A DNA stretch of 64,000 nucleotides, taken from a virus (Duplodnaviria > Caudoviricetes). The first letter of the stretch is position 1. Each line of letters begins with the position of its first letter. The notes beneath the pieces are model-generated. The model was given only the letters and a program-made list of their open reading frames with translations. It searched no databases and was not told where the DNA came from. Below are positions 28,665 through 38,902 of this stretch, piece by piece. Made by a program: the position numbers and the translations under genes. Location of the stretch: IMG/VR virus record IMGVR_UViG_3300037067_008637, positions 28,041 through 92,040 of that record. One strand, given 5' to 3'.

Positions 28665-29537
28665 TTATTCTTCACCCTGAAGAAATCCAAAATCCATATC
28701 TTCTGGATCCGTAATTGTCTGCACATCTGCTTTCTTCTGTGTTGCTTTCTCTGTTTTCTTTGGCGGCTCGGCAAGAACATCCTCAAATGGATCTTCTTCG
28801 GATGCCGGTTGTCTCTTTGTAGTTTTTTGGGTTGTCGAGGTTGATGCCACTGAAGACGAAAAATCTGCATCAACATCATTTAGAAAATCATCATCACTTT
28901 TCACTGTAGTTGGTGTTGACTGCCCTTGCGATTTGGGACCACCATTATTCGTCTTAGCTTCTCCATCATCCATAAAGGATTGTCTAATGGACTTCAATAC
29001 TCCATCATATAACATTTTGTGATAGGGAAGATTTGTGAAGGTATGCCTAACCATTTGCTTAAATAGTTCGAGCTCTCCATTCTCTGTCCTGAAGATATAG
29101 TTTTGAGCTTTACCTTGATGCAATATAGAAAAACGAAGAGTCTTTGGTTGTGTTGCAGTTTTGGATTTATCATCCACACAATCCAAAACCAACAACTTTC
29201 CATCACTCCTCATCAACGCTAAACGCTTCTTATACTTTTCATCTTTTGCATTGGGATCTTCAAATGTTCCATCCAATAGTTTATTCCAAGCACCCATGAT
29301 CTTAAAGCAATCATACGCACTAATGGATGATACCATTTGATTATCATAATCATATCTCTTCTCACCTTCTTTTGCAAATCCAGTAGATGCATCAGGAAAA
29401 GGTGGAGTCCAAAACAACTGAAGAGTACCCTTGGTAATGGAAAGAGTCATCCCGAAAGATGCCATTTTGGGTTTGTAAAAAGTCAACGAATCCATGTTGC
29501 CTTTTATTTTAGCGGCCAATTGATTAATATCAGTCAT
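28665..29537 (-). CDS. Possible single-stranded DNA-binding protein
   Basis: Folded N-terminus, low-complexity linker, acidic/aromatic C-terminal tail (DMDFGF); replication context. Confidence 0.35.
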   Translation of the reverse strand: MTDINQLAAKIKGNMDSLTFYKPKMASFGMTLSITKGTLQLFWTPPFPDASTGFAKEGEKRYDYDNQMVSSISAYDCFKIMGAWNKLLDGTFEDPNAKDEKYKKRLALMRSDGKLLVLDCVDDKSKTATQPKTLRFSILHQGKAQNYIFRTENGELELFKQMVRHTFTNLPYHKMLYDGVLKSIRQSFMDDGEAKTNNGGPKSQGQSTPTTVKSDDDFLNDVDADFSSSVASTSTTQKTTKRQPASEEDPFEDVLAEPPKKTEKATQKKADVQTITDPEDMDFGFLQGEE

Positions 29538-29847
29538 CTGTAATCACCTCGTTTTTATAAGACTTTTTGTCAATAGCTGTTTCATACCCCATCAAGTTAT
29601 CCTTTCTGATACGATCCAAAAAATCCTTTTGATCTACTAGTTCAAATGTCTTTTTGAAAACATTAACCATCCACGTTAAATCCTCTATTAGAGGATCATC
29701 TTGAAGAACCACATAGAAAATACCTGTATGATCTTCCTCTTCTGGATGATAGACTTTTAGATCAAAATGAAAATCCTTTAGATGTTTCAGAAAGGATTCA
29801 AACTTGATGAGTCTTACTGCATCATAACATGTAGGATGTTTAAGCAT
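29530..29847 (-). CDS. Hypothetical protein
   Basis: Coupled ORF. Confidence 0.5.
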   Translation of the reverse strand: MLKHPTCYDAVRLIKFESFLKHLKDFHFDLKVYHPEEEDHTGIFYVVLQDDPLIEDLTWMVNVFKKTFELVDQKDFLDRIRKDNLMGYETAIDKKSYKNEVITDD

Positions 29848-29854
29848 GTGACTA

Positions 29855-30181
29855 CTATCCTACAATTTGGCCCCCACCCAATTGGAGACGCGGGCGATGT
29901 TCAGAAGGAAGTTGCTTACCCTTCTGTACAGACTTTCCATCGCTTTCAAGAGCGTGCCCTAAAGTAATCTGGCCTTTGTTCAAATCGACAGTGCTATCCT
30001 TAATCTTTTCCAAACCTGTCCGATTCATCGTCTCGACAATCGAAGTCGGAATATCGGGAAGCGTGACGTCAATTGTTTTGTTGTTAAGAATTGCCAACCG
30101 AACAACCAAATCATCCCCGACTACTTCATAATTCTTCAACTTGCCTTCGATCTTATTTGTCACCGCTAAAATTGTAAACAT
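29855..30181 (-). CDS. Hypothetical protein
   Basis: ATG at 30181 behind GGAGG. Confidence 0.55.
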   Translation of the reverse strand: MFTILAVTNKIEGKLKNYEVVGDDLVVRLAILNNKTIDVTLPDIPTSIVETMNRTGLEKIKDSTVDLNKGQITLGHALESDGKSVQKGKQLPSEHRPRLQLGGGQIVG

Positions 30182-30298
30182 GGTATACCTCCGTTTACTA
30201 GTGAGAGTGATCGAACGATTTGAAAAGACACAGCGTCTTTCTATACATCTTCTTTCACTCATTCATGCAACAATCATTCATTCAGAAGTTGCATATAT

Positions 30299-30736
30299 TT
30301 ATTCTTCTGGGGATTCCTCATTTTTCAAACGAAGAAACTCTATATATTTTTCGAGTCGAACACATGCTGTTAATATATCTCCATAAAACAAATACTCCAA
30401 AGATTTGTATACATCCGTATCCTCTGGAATACCCCAATCATCTGCTACTTCAGATACATGAAACGTATTGTTATCCAGTTTGGCCGCAATTGATTCCCTA
30501 AAACTTTTGTTCTTCCAAACCATCCAACGTTTCATATACCAAACGGCTTTTTCGAGATCCTCAATTGGTTTACCCTTGTCCTTATATCGGGCGATATACT
30601 TAACTGAGTTAGCCAAATGAAACGGTAAATCCCATTCCTCTAATACCTCAATTACTTCGAATCTCCCTTTGATATAATGTCTCGGGCTGTTTATCATCTT
30701 ATTAACGGTTTCAACTAATACTGTGTTTTTCGCCAT
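30299..30736 (-). CDS. DUF3310-family phage protein
   Basis: INSPRHY, EVIE, N.VKYIAR...K....EDLEKAVWY. Confidence 0.8.
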   Translation of the reverse strand: MAKNTVLVETVNKMINSPRHYIKGRFEVIEVLEEWDLPFHLANSVKYIARYKDKGKPIEDLEKAVWYMKRWMVWKNKSFRESIAAKLDNNTFHVSEVADDWGIPEDTDVYKSLEYLFYGDILTACVRLEKYIEFLRLKNEESPEE

Positions 30737-30803
30737 TGTTGATTCTCCCTCTTTTGCGGTTTTGAATTTGTCCGCAAATATGGTGAAACAATCAGCAGCT
30801 GAA

Positions 30804-32114
30804 GTGAACTACTGGTCCCTAAAGGAACCAGCTTCCTGCGTTGCCGCAATACTATCCGAAAAATCGGAATGATTCTCCAAATAGGCCTGTCCCAGGCAAA
30901 GTATGTTTTTGGCCGCATTGACATCTCTATCTTCAACATAACCGCAACTGCAACTCATAGTTCGATCAGAAAGCGGCATAGTGTGCAACTTTCCGCAATT
31001 GTTACACATTTTGCTGGTATTATATGGATTGACTTCTATGATTCGGTTGCTCTTGTATTTTAAGAACGATATCAATTGACCCAAACACGAATTTCTCAAT
31101 TCTCTATTTAATCCGGTTATTTCACTTTCTGACATTTTCTTCAATTGAAGATTTTCAATAACAATTGTATCAAATTTTTGAGAAAGGTTATAAGAAACCT
31201 TATGCAAAAAATCCGATTGTTTTCGGCTCTTTGCATCATACAATTTATTGATCGTCTTAGAAAGAAAACGCCATTTTCTTGAGTATTTTTTACATTTCTT
31301 GTCTCTCCTTGATTTCAGTTGATTGATTTGTTTATCAAAATATTTTGCATGATTTTTGTTCTTAATGATTTCACCATCAGATGTTGCAACAATATTAGTG
31401 ATACCGAGATCAATGCCAATAATTGAATTACTTGTTTCTACGGATTTCTTTTCACCCTCGGACGTGATACAAATATACCATTTATCGTCTTTCGTTGTGA
31501 TGTATAATTGTTTGATAGTTCCTTGTATTTCTCTGTGCTTAGAAATCTTAATTGATCCATATTTCGGAACTTTTACGTGATTATCCAAAATCTTGAAATG
31601 AAGTGATTGTGGATAGCAAATTCCAAAGAATTCTCTGCAGGATCTGAATCTTGGATAACCTTCTGGTTTTCCATCTTTACGAAGATCCAATTCCTCTTTG
31701 GAATTCCTAAGGAGATCATGAAATTTGTCGAAAGCTTTTTGCAATCTTAATGGAACTTGTTGCAACACCTGACTATGAATCTCCAAAAGAGATGGATCAT
31801 CTTGTTTTAATGAAACCAATTCCTGTTGCTGATCATATCTAGTAATTTCATAATCACCTGTTAGATTTCTTTGTTCTAAGAAATAATTGTACAATCGATT
31901 AAGACGATTGGCGTGAGTCCAAAGCTTCCTTATCTGATCCTGTGTAGGATAAGCTCTGAACTTATAAGTAATCATTCGTCTTTCGAAATCCTTTTTGTTT
32001 TCAATATATTCCTTTAGAATCATTATATTGTAAGTTTGTTCTGCTTATTTCAAATGGGTTTATATATGAAAATTATTCGTCACCTACTGCCTAAAGGCAG
32101 AGGATTTCTTCTTG
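30804..32114 (-). mobile_element. tnpB-only IS200/IS605-family element
   Basis: Left hairpin CTGCC-TTTA-GGCAG; right end AAGCTGGTTCCTTTAGGGACCAGTAGTTCAC; left boundary approximate. Confidence 0.65.
30809..32023 (-). CDS. tnpB: TnpB RNA-guided nuclease
   Basis: YKFRAYPT, GIDLG, VIENL, TSKMCNNCG, DRDVNAAKNI. Confidence 0.93.
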   Translation of the reverse strand: MILKEYIENKKDFERRMITYKFRAYPTQDQIRKLWTHANRLNRLYNYFLEQRNLTGDYEITRYDQQQELVSLKQDDPSLLEIHSQVLQQVPLRLQKAFDKFHDLLRNSKEELDLRKDGKPEGYPRFRSCREFFGICYPQSLHFKILDNHVKVPKYGSIKISKHREIQGTIKQLYITTKDDKWYICITSEGEKKSVETSNSIIGIDLGITNIVATSDGEIIKNKNHAKYFDKQINQLKSRRDKKCKKYSRKWRFLSKTINKLYDAKSRKQSDFLHKVSYNLSQKFDTIVIENLQLKKMSESEITGLNRELRNSCLGQLISFLKYKSNRIIEVNPYNTSKMCNNCGKLHTMPLSDRTMSCSCGYVEDRDVNAAKNILCLGQAYLENHSDFSDSIAATQEAGSFRDQ

Positions 32115-32117
32115 AGG

Positions 32118-32501
32118 TTAATTATCTGAGATTGATCCGAACATATATTTAGGAGCACCATATTCGGTAGTGGGAACAGGAAGAAGTTGGTTGACGCGTC
32201 TTTTCCAATCAGGAAATGTCTCGGCTAATCTATCGGGAACTGTGTCGTATCCGTCACTTCCCACGCATCCAACTCCTACAATCAAAGTTTCATACCCAAC
32301 AGCAGTTGTGATTCCTTTAGGAAGCTTATAATTGACTAATTCTACATTGCTCCACCATTTATCACACCATTCATCCCTGCCAATACCCAAAAATTCCCAA
32401 AATGCTGCATCATCCTCATAATCCCTGACATTCAATTCCCATCCACAAATTACAAAAGAAGTGGAACTAGAATTTGATACGAAACCACAACGAATTTTCA
32501 T
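32118..32501 (-). CDS. NSSS-motif family protein 2
   Basis: MKIRCGFVSNSSSTSF. Confidence 0.75.
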   Translation of the reverse strand: MKIRCGFVSNSSSTSFVICGWELNVRDYEDDAAFWEFLGIGRDEWCDKWWSNVELVNYKLPKGITTAVGYETLIVGVGCVGSDGYDTVPDRLAETFPDWKRRVNQLLPVPTTEYGAPKYMFGSISDN

Positions 32502-32514
32502 TTCTTTGTCTCCT

Positions 32515-32886
32515 TTAGCATGGATATGTTCCAGTGAACAAATGAGGAGGTCCTACCAATCCAAAGTGTTCTCCCCAAGGCATAAGTTGATTAATCCAGT
32601 CAGAAATATCTATATCTGATTCATCCAATCCGCCTTCGTCCTCACCAGTGATTGTTCTTCCAAAGAACATTCCGATTTCATTAATATGTCTAACTGATCC
32701 AAAACTCTTTCCTTCCTTGGAAGAGATCATATCAATAGAATCGCATTCTTCACATCCTAGAGTTACACAATCGTCGCAAATAAACTTCTGACAAACTTCT
32801 TTCGGATCAGTTTCCTTCAATTTCCATCCAAGGAAAACAAAAGAACTACTAGAAGAATTTGATACAAATCCCGTTCTAATTTTCAT
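32515..32886 (-). CDS. NSSS-motif family protein 3
   Basis: MKIRTGFVSNSSSSSF (start reset to the motif Met). Confidence 0.75.
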   Translation of the reverse strand: MKIRTGFVSNSSSSSFVFLGWKLKETDPKEVCQKFICDDCVTLGCEECDSIDMISSKEGKSFGSVRHINEIGMFFGRTITGEDEGGLDESDIDISDWINQLMPWGEHFGLVGPPHLFTGTYPC

Positions 32887-33277
32887 CTCCACATCTCCTA
32901 CTATAACCATTCAACCGAATTGCAATATCCTCTAATGAGGTGAAGCATTCTCCGCCATTTCTCTTCACCATTTCCCCAACTTGTTTCAAACTCTTAATTT
33001 GAAAAGGGGAAAAGCCATCTTCTAAATAGCAAAAAAGACATTTGTTTGGACGCTTATTACTATCGTCTATCACTTCAGCAATACTATAGACACCCGTCAT
33101 TTCAGATGTGATAACATACAAACAAAAATCACATGATGCTCTCTGCCTAAGCTCTTCAATCATAAATTCTGGAGTCCAATCATCCACAACAGGATTGAAA
33201 TAATCAATCTCTAACATAGGGATGAGTTTTTCTCTCCAAGTGCTATTATTGCATGTTCCGCCCAAAAATACTTTCAT
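32876..33277 (-). CDS. Nucleoside 2-deoxyribosyltransferase-like domain protein
   Basis: KVFLGGTCN.STWR, YFNPVVDDW, SIAE. Confidence 0.7.
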   Translation of the reverse strand: MKVFLGGTCNNSTWREKLIPMLEIDYFNPVVDDWTPEFMIEELRQRASCDFCLYVITSEMTGVYSIAEVIDDSNKRPNKCLFCYLEDGFSPFQIKSLKQVGEMVKRNGGECFTSLEDIAIRLNGYSRRCGDEN

Positions 33278-33286
33278 GAATCCTCC

Positions 33287-33667
33287 TTAACCCAAAGCAT
33301 CTAATATATACACTCTTGGTTCTTTATTTTCAATCTCCTCATCAATTCCTAATTTCTCTGTAGGAGTAAGCCAACTTTGCCAATCCCTCAAAGGTTCTCC
33401 ATCATCAGAAGAATCAGATACACCTATATAGTTTCCGATATAGAAACAATCATCCTCGTTACAAAATCCTAAGTTCTTTTCATAAAGAACATCACAAATT
33501 GCTCCAGTAATATTATTATCGGACATACCAGGATCAAGCGTTTCTCCACATAACTTGGTGAATAATGCCCGCAAGGATTCTGTATCTTTTGGCATTGGAT
33601 ACTTCCATCCACAAACCAAGAAGGATGATGTGGAACTATTACTTACAAAACCTGTTCGAATTTTCAT
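33287..33667 (-). CDS. NSSS-motif family protein 4
   Basis: MKIRTGFVSNSSTSSF. Confidence 0.75.
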   Translation of the reverse strand: MKIRTGFVSNSSTSSFLVCGWKYPMPKDTESLRALFTKLCGETLDPGMSDNNITGAICDVLYEKNLGFCNEDDCFYIGNYIGVSDSSDDGEPLRDWQSWLTPTEKLGIDEEIENKEPRVYILDALG

Positions 33668-33668
33668 A

Positions 33669-34046
33669 TCAGTCGTGCCACGCATCTTGATGAAAAGACG
33701 GTTTAACATCTTCTGATAGTCCCAATAACTTCCTAATTTTTTCCGCTTCTTCAGCCATATGTGAAGGATCCGTATTACCGGAAATTTTCACACCAAGGTA
33801 AACACCATCACAATAAGGAGGTTTCTCAGTCATATCACTGTAACCCAAATCATCTTCAAACCAACCCTCAAGTTCTTCTCCATCACAATCATCCGCAATA
33901 TTTGCGTTAGGATCAATCACTTTGATAAAATTGATTTTTCCCATTCTCTCTGCAATGGCATTGATTTCCTCTTCCTCGAAATACCAGCCATAGATACAAA
34001 AAGACGATGTAGAACTATTGCTTACAAACCCTTGTCTGATTTTCAT
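33669..34046 (-). CDS. NSSS-motif family protein 5
   Basis: MKIRQGFVSNSSTSSF. Confidence 0.75.
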   Translation of the reverse strand: MKIRQGFVSNSSTSSFCIYGWYFEEEEINAIAERMGKINFIKVIDPNANIADDCDGEELEGWFEDDLGYSDMTEKPPYCDGVYLGVKISGNTDPSHMAEEAEKIRKLLGLSEDVKPSFHQDAWHD

Positions 34047-34058
34047 TTGCCTTCTCCT

Positions 34059-34469
34059 TTAGAATGAATCCCCATGTACAATGATTTCGCAACCGTAAAC
34101 TTCAACCTGTTCTGTTCCTACTGACGCAATTGCTGATTCAATTTCATTACCATTATCTGTGGCTGCATTACAACGCAAAAGAATCTTACCATTCGCAAAA
34201 GCATTTTTTGCACTGTCTAATTGCTCATCATATTCTCGTTCAAATGATTTTCTTTTCTGTTCATCCATCTCATCACTCCAATAATCACTGAACAACCAAT
34301 CATAAAACTCTTTATATGTTTTGAATGTTGTTTCATCCGAATCACGAAGATCCACAACAGGAATTTCCAGTGTTACCGAAATGACAGCATCACCCATATG
34401 AAGAGGATCAACGGCAACAACGAAACTGGTGGATGAACTGTTGCTTACGAATCCGATACGAAGTTTCAT
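34059..34469 (-). CDS. NSSS-motif family protein 6
   Basis: MKLRIGFVSNSSSTSF. Confidence 0.75.
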   Translation of the reverse strand: MKLRIGFVSNSSSTSFVVAVDPLHMGDAVISVTLEIPVVDLRDSDETTFKTYKEFYDWLFSDYWSDEMDEQKRKSFEREYDEQLDSAKNAFANGKILLRCNAATDNGNEIESAIASVGTEQVEVYGCEIIVHGDSF

Positions 34470-34477
34470 AATTCCTC

Positions 34478-34780
34478 CTAAGAACCCACAAGGTTAGTTA
34501 TATTTTCATCTGGAACCCCAATTTCATGCAAAAATTCCACCAGGGGAAAATTGTCTATACAAGTGAAACATTGGAAGAAATCTTCTCCCTCTTTGATATC
34601 CCATTTGACATTACATTTGGGTTTTCCCAACCATGGATGTGTTCTCTCCCAACCGGGAATCAACTTATAGAACTTGTCATGGTTTCTCACCTTATTCATC
34701 TGTGCTTCTGACAATCCTGTTTTCAAGAGAGTGAAACTACAGGATGAACTATTACTGACAAAACCAATTCTCACTTTCAT
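34478..34780 (-). CDS. NSSS-motif family protein 7
   Basis: MKVRIGFVSNSSSCSF. Confidence 0.75.
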   Translation of the reverse strand: MKVRIGFVSNSSSCSFTLLKTGLSEAQMNKVRNHDKFYKLIPGWERTHPWLGKPKCNVKWDIKEGEDFFQCFTCIDNFPLVEFLHEIGVPDENITNLVGS

Positions 34781-34792
34781 AACTGTTTCCTT

Positions 34793-35185
34793 TCACCTCA
34801 AAGATTCCCATTCTTTCCATTTCCAATTATTTCGTTTTCCTCCATCTCTCAATTCATAATCAAATATTTTCCCCAACATATCACCTTGTTCGTCTCCGAA
34901 AATCCACGCACAACTCATTCCCGGAAGAATTGTATAAATCCTTTTGTTCTTCTGAAAACGGTTCTCTGCATCAATAACCATTATTTTGTAAGCATCCCCC
35001 AAAGATTTTTCATCATATGTGGATGCTCCATGATTGATATCTCCATACTTGTCAATATAACTTATCAATCTCTCTCTACCAACATCCCGTACAAAATCAA
35101 CAAGCGTTCTCGAAATCTTTGCGTTGTTTTGTATCATAAAGGACGTTGATGAACTATTGCTCACGAATCCAATACGAATTTTCAT
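34793..35185 (-). CDS. NSSS-motif family protein 8
   Basis: MKIRIGFVSNSSSTSF. Confidence 0.75.
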   Translation of the reverse strand: MKIRIGFVSNSSSTSFMIQNNAKISRTLVDFVRDVGRERLISYIDKYGDINHGASTYDEKSLGDAYKIMVIDAENRFQKNKRIYTILPGMSCAWIFGDEQGDMLGKIFDYELRDGGKRNNWKWKEWESLR

Positions 35186-35643
35186 GGCACATTCCCCACC
35201 TGTGGTTCATCATGATACACCACATATTTGATGTCACATGATTTTCCTTCTATTCTTGCTTTCCATCTCCTGTAATCACTGACTAGAAGATCAATACTTT
35301 CCGGCCGATATAAAATATCAGGATCAATATTATTCTCCAAATAGACAGCCATCTCTAAAGCCACGATTTTTTTCTCATCTTTGTCCCAGATTCCACTATG
35401 AGCTGTGACAAATGAAATAGAATGATGACTTGGATATTTTCCTACATGTTCCGTATGAAATCCACTAATAATTCCTTTTGCTTCTCTTGCAGAAATAAGA
35501 TTTCCGATTTCTTCCAGAGAGATTTCAATATCAATCACCTGTCCTGAGTTTCTTTCATCATTGACTGTAATTATGAAAAAATCATCCCTTTTATTTGACG
35601 AGACTCTACTAAGCCTCACACCAACTTCTGTCACGTGTCCCAT
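35182..35643 (-). CDS. Hypothetical protein
   Basis: ORF with AAGGAG RBS. Confidence 0.55.
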   Translation of the reverse strand: MGHVTEVGVRLSRVSSNKRDDFFIITVNDERNSGQVIDIEISLEEIGNLISAREAKGIISGFHTEHVGKYPSHHSISFVTAHSGIWDKDEKKIVALEMAVYLENNIDPDILYRPESIDLLVSDYRRWKARIEGKSCDIKYVVYHDEPQVGNVP

Positions 35644-35667
35644 TATATATCTCCTTATTCATATTAC

Positions 35668-35704
35668 TGAGGGATGATATCCAATAATTAGATACCATCC
35701 CTCA
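35668..35704 (-). terminator. Intergenic hairpin after the ligase gene
   Basis: TGAGGGATGGTATC-9 nt-GATATCATCCCTCA; 14 bp with one G-U pair on the minus strand. Confidence 0.55.
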
Positions 35705-35712
35705 ATATCTTC

Positions 35713-37695
35713 TTATATTACAACCATTTCAATAAACTCACTTTCACTAATTACAGTCACTCCGAAGCTATTTGCTTTGTCAAGTTTGCTTCCAGCTTTC
35801 TCTCCTGCAATCAAATAACTGAGATTCTTGCTAACACCGCTGGATACTGTTCCACCATGTTGTTTGATCAATTCTTGAATTTCAGTTCTCTTGAAATTCG
35901 CAAGTGTACCTGTAACACAAAAGGATTTTCCATCCAATACATTATCCACCATAGTATTCACCTCATCTTTAGTTGTCATTTTCAAACCGATTTGTTTGAA
36001 TTGATCTATCATTTGTACTGTTTCTGGCAGTCTTAAATAATTGAAGATGCTCCTAGCAATAATTTCTCCGATTCCTTCAAGCTCCGAGAACTGTTCCTCT
36101 GTAGCATTCATTATATTATCAATGTTCTCAAATTCATTCGCTAACAGTTCTGAAATTGTACGGCCAGTATTAGGAATTTGCAATCCTGCAAGAACACGAT
36201 AGAATGGTTTAGTCTTAGATTTTTGAATAGACTCTACAATTTTCTTTGCAGATTTTACACCCATTCTATCCAACGTCTGTAAGTCTTCTACTTTCAGGGT
36301 ATACAAATCAGGAGCAGTACGGATCATACCAGCATCGATCAATTGATCAATTATAGCTGGACCAACACCATCAATGTCCATGATACTTTTCTCGGTAAAA
36401 TACTTGACTCTAGCTTTTACACGAGCAGGACATTGTTCATTCGAGCAATAAACAAACGGAGAATCTGTAGGAATAATGACTACACTATTGCATATCGGGC
36501 AATTGTTAGGAGGAGTTACGGGAAGAGATCCTTCTTGACGTTTGGATCTATCAACCCCAGCGACATACGGAATAATTTCTCCTGCCTTCTCCACAAGGAC
36601 ACTATCTCCAATTCGCAAGTCCAATATACTAATCATGTCATAATTATGGAGAGAGGCCCGTTTAACAACAGTACCTGCAAGTTCTACAGGTTCTAGTTCT
36701 GCAACTGGTGTAAGTACACCCATCTTACCTACTTGATTTGTTATACTAAGAAGCTTAGTAGTCACTTGCTCCGCTCTATATTTGTATGCCGCAATCCATT
36801 TTGGATATTTGGCTGTTCCTCCAAGTTCCTCATATTGACTAAAATTATTAACTTTCAGAACAACGCCATCTGTTGGATATGCCCAATGCTTTCTATCTAC
36901 TTGCCACGCGTCGAGAACTTCCTTCACATCCTCTTCCGTCATAATGATTGCATAGTTATTTTGAACTTGGAATCCCCAATCTTTAAGTAAATCCAATGCT
37001 CCTTTCTGAGTATACAAACAATGGTTTCTTAACAAATCCACAGTTTCAATTATCGAATATGCAAAGAAATGTAATGGAGTTTCTCTGGACTTAGCAGCAT
37101 CTTTTCGTTTCATTGCACCTGCTGCCGCGTTACGAGGATTGGCAAGAACTTTCTCACCCATTTTCAATTTCATTAGATTAATCGCCTGAAATTCTTCAAA
37201 TTTCATATACACTTCACCGCGAACTTCAACTGTAATTGCTTCATTCAATTGAAGAGGAATATCCAAAATGTTTACCGCGTTGTGAGTGACATCCTCCCCA
37301 ACACTACCATCTCCTCTTGTAATTGCTTTGACTAATACGCCATCTTCATATCGAACCGCTAGAGACATTCCATCAATCTTCGGTTCTGCCACAATTATAT
37401 CACTTTTCTTGATAAACGCAAATGCCTCATCCATTGAAAAAAGATTTTCGATACTAAGCATTGGAGCATCATGAACAACCTGTTGAAATTCTCCGATGAT
37501 GTCATTACCAACACGACGGGAAGGACTGTATGGAAGAATCCATTCAGGATGTTCTTTTTCGCATTCTTTCAATGCTTTGTATAATCTATCGTACTGCTCA
37601 TCAGAGATTATAGGAGAATGTTCTTTGTAATATATGTCACAATGATAATTTAGTTCTCTAACTAAGTCGTGATAAATTTGTTGGGTATTATCCAT
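35713..37695 (-). CDS. ligA: NAD-dependent DNA ligase
   Basis: EPKIDG, TRGDG, EVRGE, NPRNAAAG, DGVVLK, zinc finger, HhH and BRCT domains. Confidence 0.97.
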   Translation of the reverse strand: MDNTQQIYHDLVRELNYHCDIYYKEHSPIISDEQYDRLYKALKECEKEHPEWILPYSPSRRVGNDIIGEFQQVVHDAPMLSIENLFSMDEAFAFIKKSDIIVAEPKIDGMSLAVRYEDGVLVKAITRGDGSVGEDVTHNAVNILDIPLQLNEAITVEVRGEVYMKFEEFQAINLMKLKMGEKVLANPRNAAAGAMKRKDAAKSRETPLHFFAYSIIETVDLLRNHCLYTQKGALDLLKDWGFQVQNNYAIIMTEEDVKEVLDAWQVDRKHWAYPTDGVVLKVNNFSQYEELGGTAKYPKWIAAYKYRAEQVTTKLLSITNQVGKMGVLTPVAELEPVELAGTVVKRASLHNYDMISILDLRIGDSVLVEKAGEIIPYVAGVDRSKRQEGSLPVTPPNNCPICNSVVIIPTDSPFVYCSNEQCPARVKARVKYFTEKSIMDIDGVGPAIIDQLIDAGMIRTAPDLYTLKVEDLQTLDRMGVKSAKKIVESIQKSKTKPFYRVLAGLQIPNTGRTISELLANEFENIDNIMNATEEQFSELEGIGEIIARSIFNYLRLPETVQMIDQFKQIGLKMTTKDEVNTMVDNVLDGKSFCVTGTLANFKRTEIQELIKQHGGTVSSGVSKNLSYLIAGEKAGSKLDKANSFGVTVISESEFIEMVVI

Positions 37696-38305
37696 TTTTC
37701 AAATCCTCTATAATTACCGGATAATTTGTTTCAAACCATTCTTCTACTCCAGCCATAACAGATATGATTTGGGGATGTGCAGCAGAATTAAACCTTCGTA
37801 ATGTCAAGATGTGTCTCCACTCTCTAAAATTGCAAGTTACAACAATTTCCGTCTTTAAACAAGTGGGAAGGACGGAACGAGCAATTTGAGGGGAACATCC
37901 CAAATCTAAAAGACTCATGTATTCCTTTTCGGCTGACAAACATGCATCTATCCAATGCTGTCGTTGTTCTTCATCCAATCCTGGAGGTTCGATTACAGAG
38001 ATTTCTCGTCCAAATTTCTCTTTTCCATAATTGCAATATCTGGTACTCTCTTGCCCATAACTTGCAACTCTATGTCTGACAGTTTCGTGGGATATACCAC
38101 GATCCATTATGAAGCGGAATGAAGCAACCGCATGCTCGATCATTGCTTCATGCCCTCTCTGTATAAGCATCCTCACAAATTTCTCAGCCGTCTCTTCTGT
38201 AATCTTGTCCTCGGATTTATAACAGGTTCTTCCTGCTTGTTCTATTGCAGCTAGAGCATCCGGAGTGGACCAAAGATGTACAACACTTTCTTTGACAATT
38301 TTCAC
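37688..38305 (-). CDS. thyX: Flavin-dependent thymidylate synthase
   Basis: RHRVASYGQESTRY, ARSVLP; GTG start behind AGGAGG. Confidence 0.95.
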   Translation of the reverse strand: MKIVKESVVHLWSTPDALAAIEQAGRTCYKSEDKITEETAEKFVRMLIQRGHEAMIEHAVASFRFIMDRGISHETVRHRVASYGQESTRYCNYGKEKFGREISVIEPPGLDEEQRQHWIDACLSAEKEYMSLLDLGCSPQIARSVLPTCLKTEIVVTCNFREWRHILTLRRFNSAAHPQIISVMAGVEEWFETNYPVIIEDLKNG

Positions 38306-38315
38306 AATATTCCTC

Positions 38316-38837
38316 CTAATGATGAGATATTTGCATTCCATCCCATCGATTGAACGTTCCACCGTGTTCTAACTCCGCATTAAGATCCCCTTCATTGTCA
38401 CTATATTCAAAGAACAAAATGAATTTTCCTAAATGTTTTTGAATCCACTTATCTGCTAATTCCCCAAATACTTCGGATCTTATTGCACTTTGTTTATCAC
38501 ACCATTTGTTGTATTCTACTTGATATAGTGCCTCAGTAGCATAATGGTTACGGTTGGGAGAAGTATTCCATCCAACAGATTTGAGTCTTGGATCATTTTC
38601 GGCTTCATACAAATATCCTGCTTCAAATTCTTTTTTTATTTTCTTCACTAATTCATTGTAAAATGCAGAATCCGGTTGAAGTCTTATATGATATTGCGAA
38701 GTGATATCATTGAATACTACACTGGCTTTTTCTACTCCCAATGATTTTTTTAGATCCTCATATGTAGGAATTGTATCAAAGGGAACCATGAAACTTGAAG
38801 AACTACTATTACTTACAAATCCCATTCTGATTTTCAT
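38316..38837 (-). CDS. NSSS-motif family protein 9
   Basis: MKIRMGFVSNSSSSSF. Confidence 0.75.
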   Translation of the reverse strand: MKIRMGFVSNSSSSSFMVPFDTIPTYEDLKKSLGVEKASVVFNDITSQYHIRLQPDSAFYNELVKKIKKEFEAGYLYEAENDPRLKSVGWNTSPNRNHYATEALYQVEYNKWCDKQSAIRSEVFGELADKWIQKHLGKFILFFEYSDNEGDLNAELEHGGTFNRWDGMQISHH

Positions 38838-38857
38838 ATTAATCATCCTTATTTTGG

Positions 38858-38895
38858 AAGGGACTAGTATCGTTAAGAATAGATACTAGTCCCTT
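38858..38895 (-). terminator. Perfect 14-bp intergenic hairpin
   Basis: AAGGGACTAGTATC-10 nt-GATACTAGTCCCTT. Confidence 0.55.
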
Positions 38896-38902
38896 ATTTC
38901 TT

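Noticed and set aside
30715-30939. 74-aa ORF across the tnpB right end
   Set aside because: Alternative frame overlapping tnpB and the element end; no independent support
32118-35185. CRISPR array or DNA tandem repeat
   Set aside because: The repetition is at protein level with synonymous codon variation, and the spacing is gene-sized
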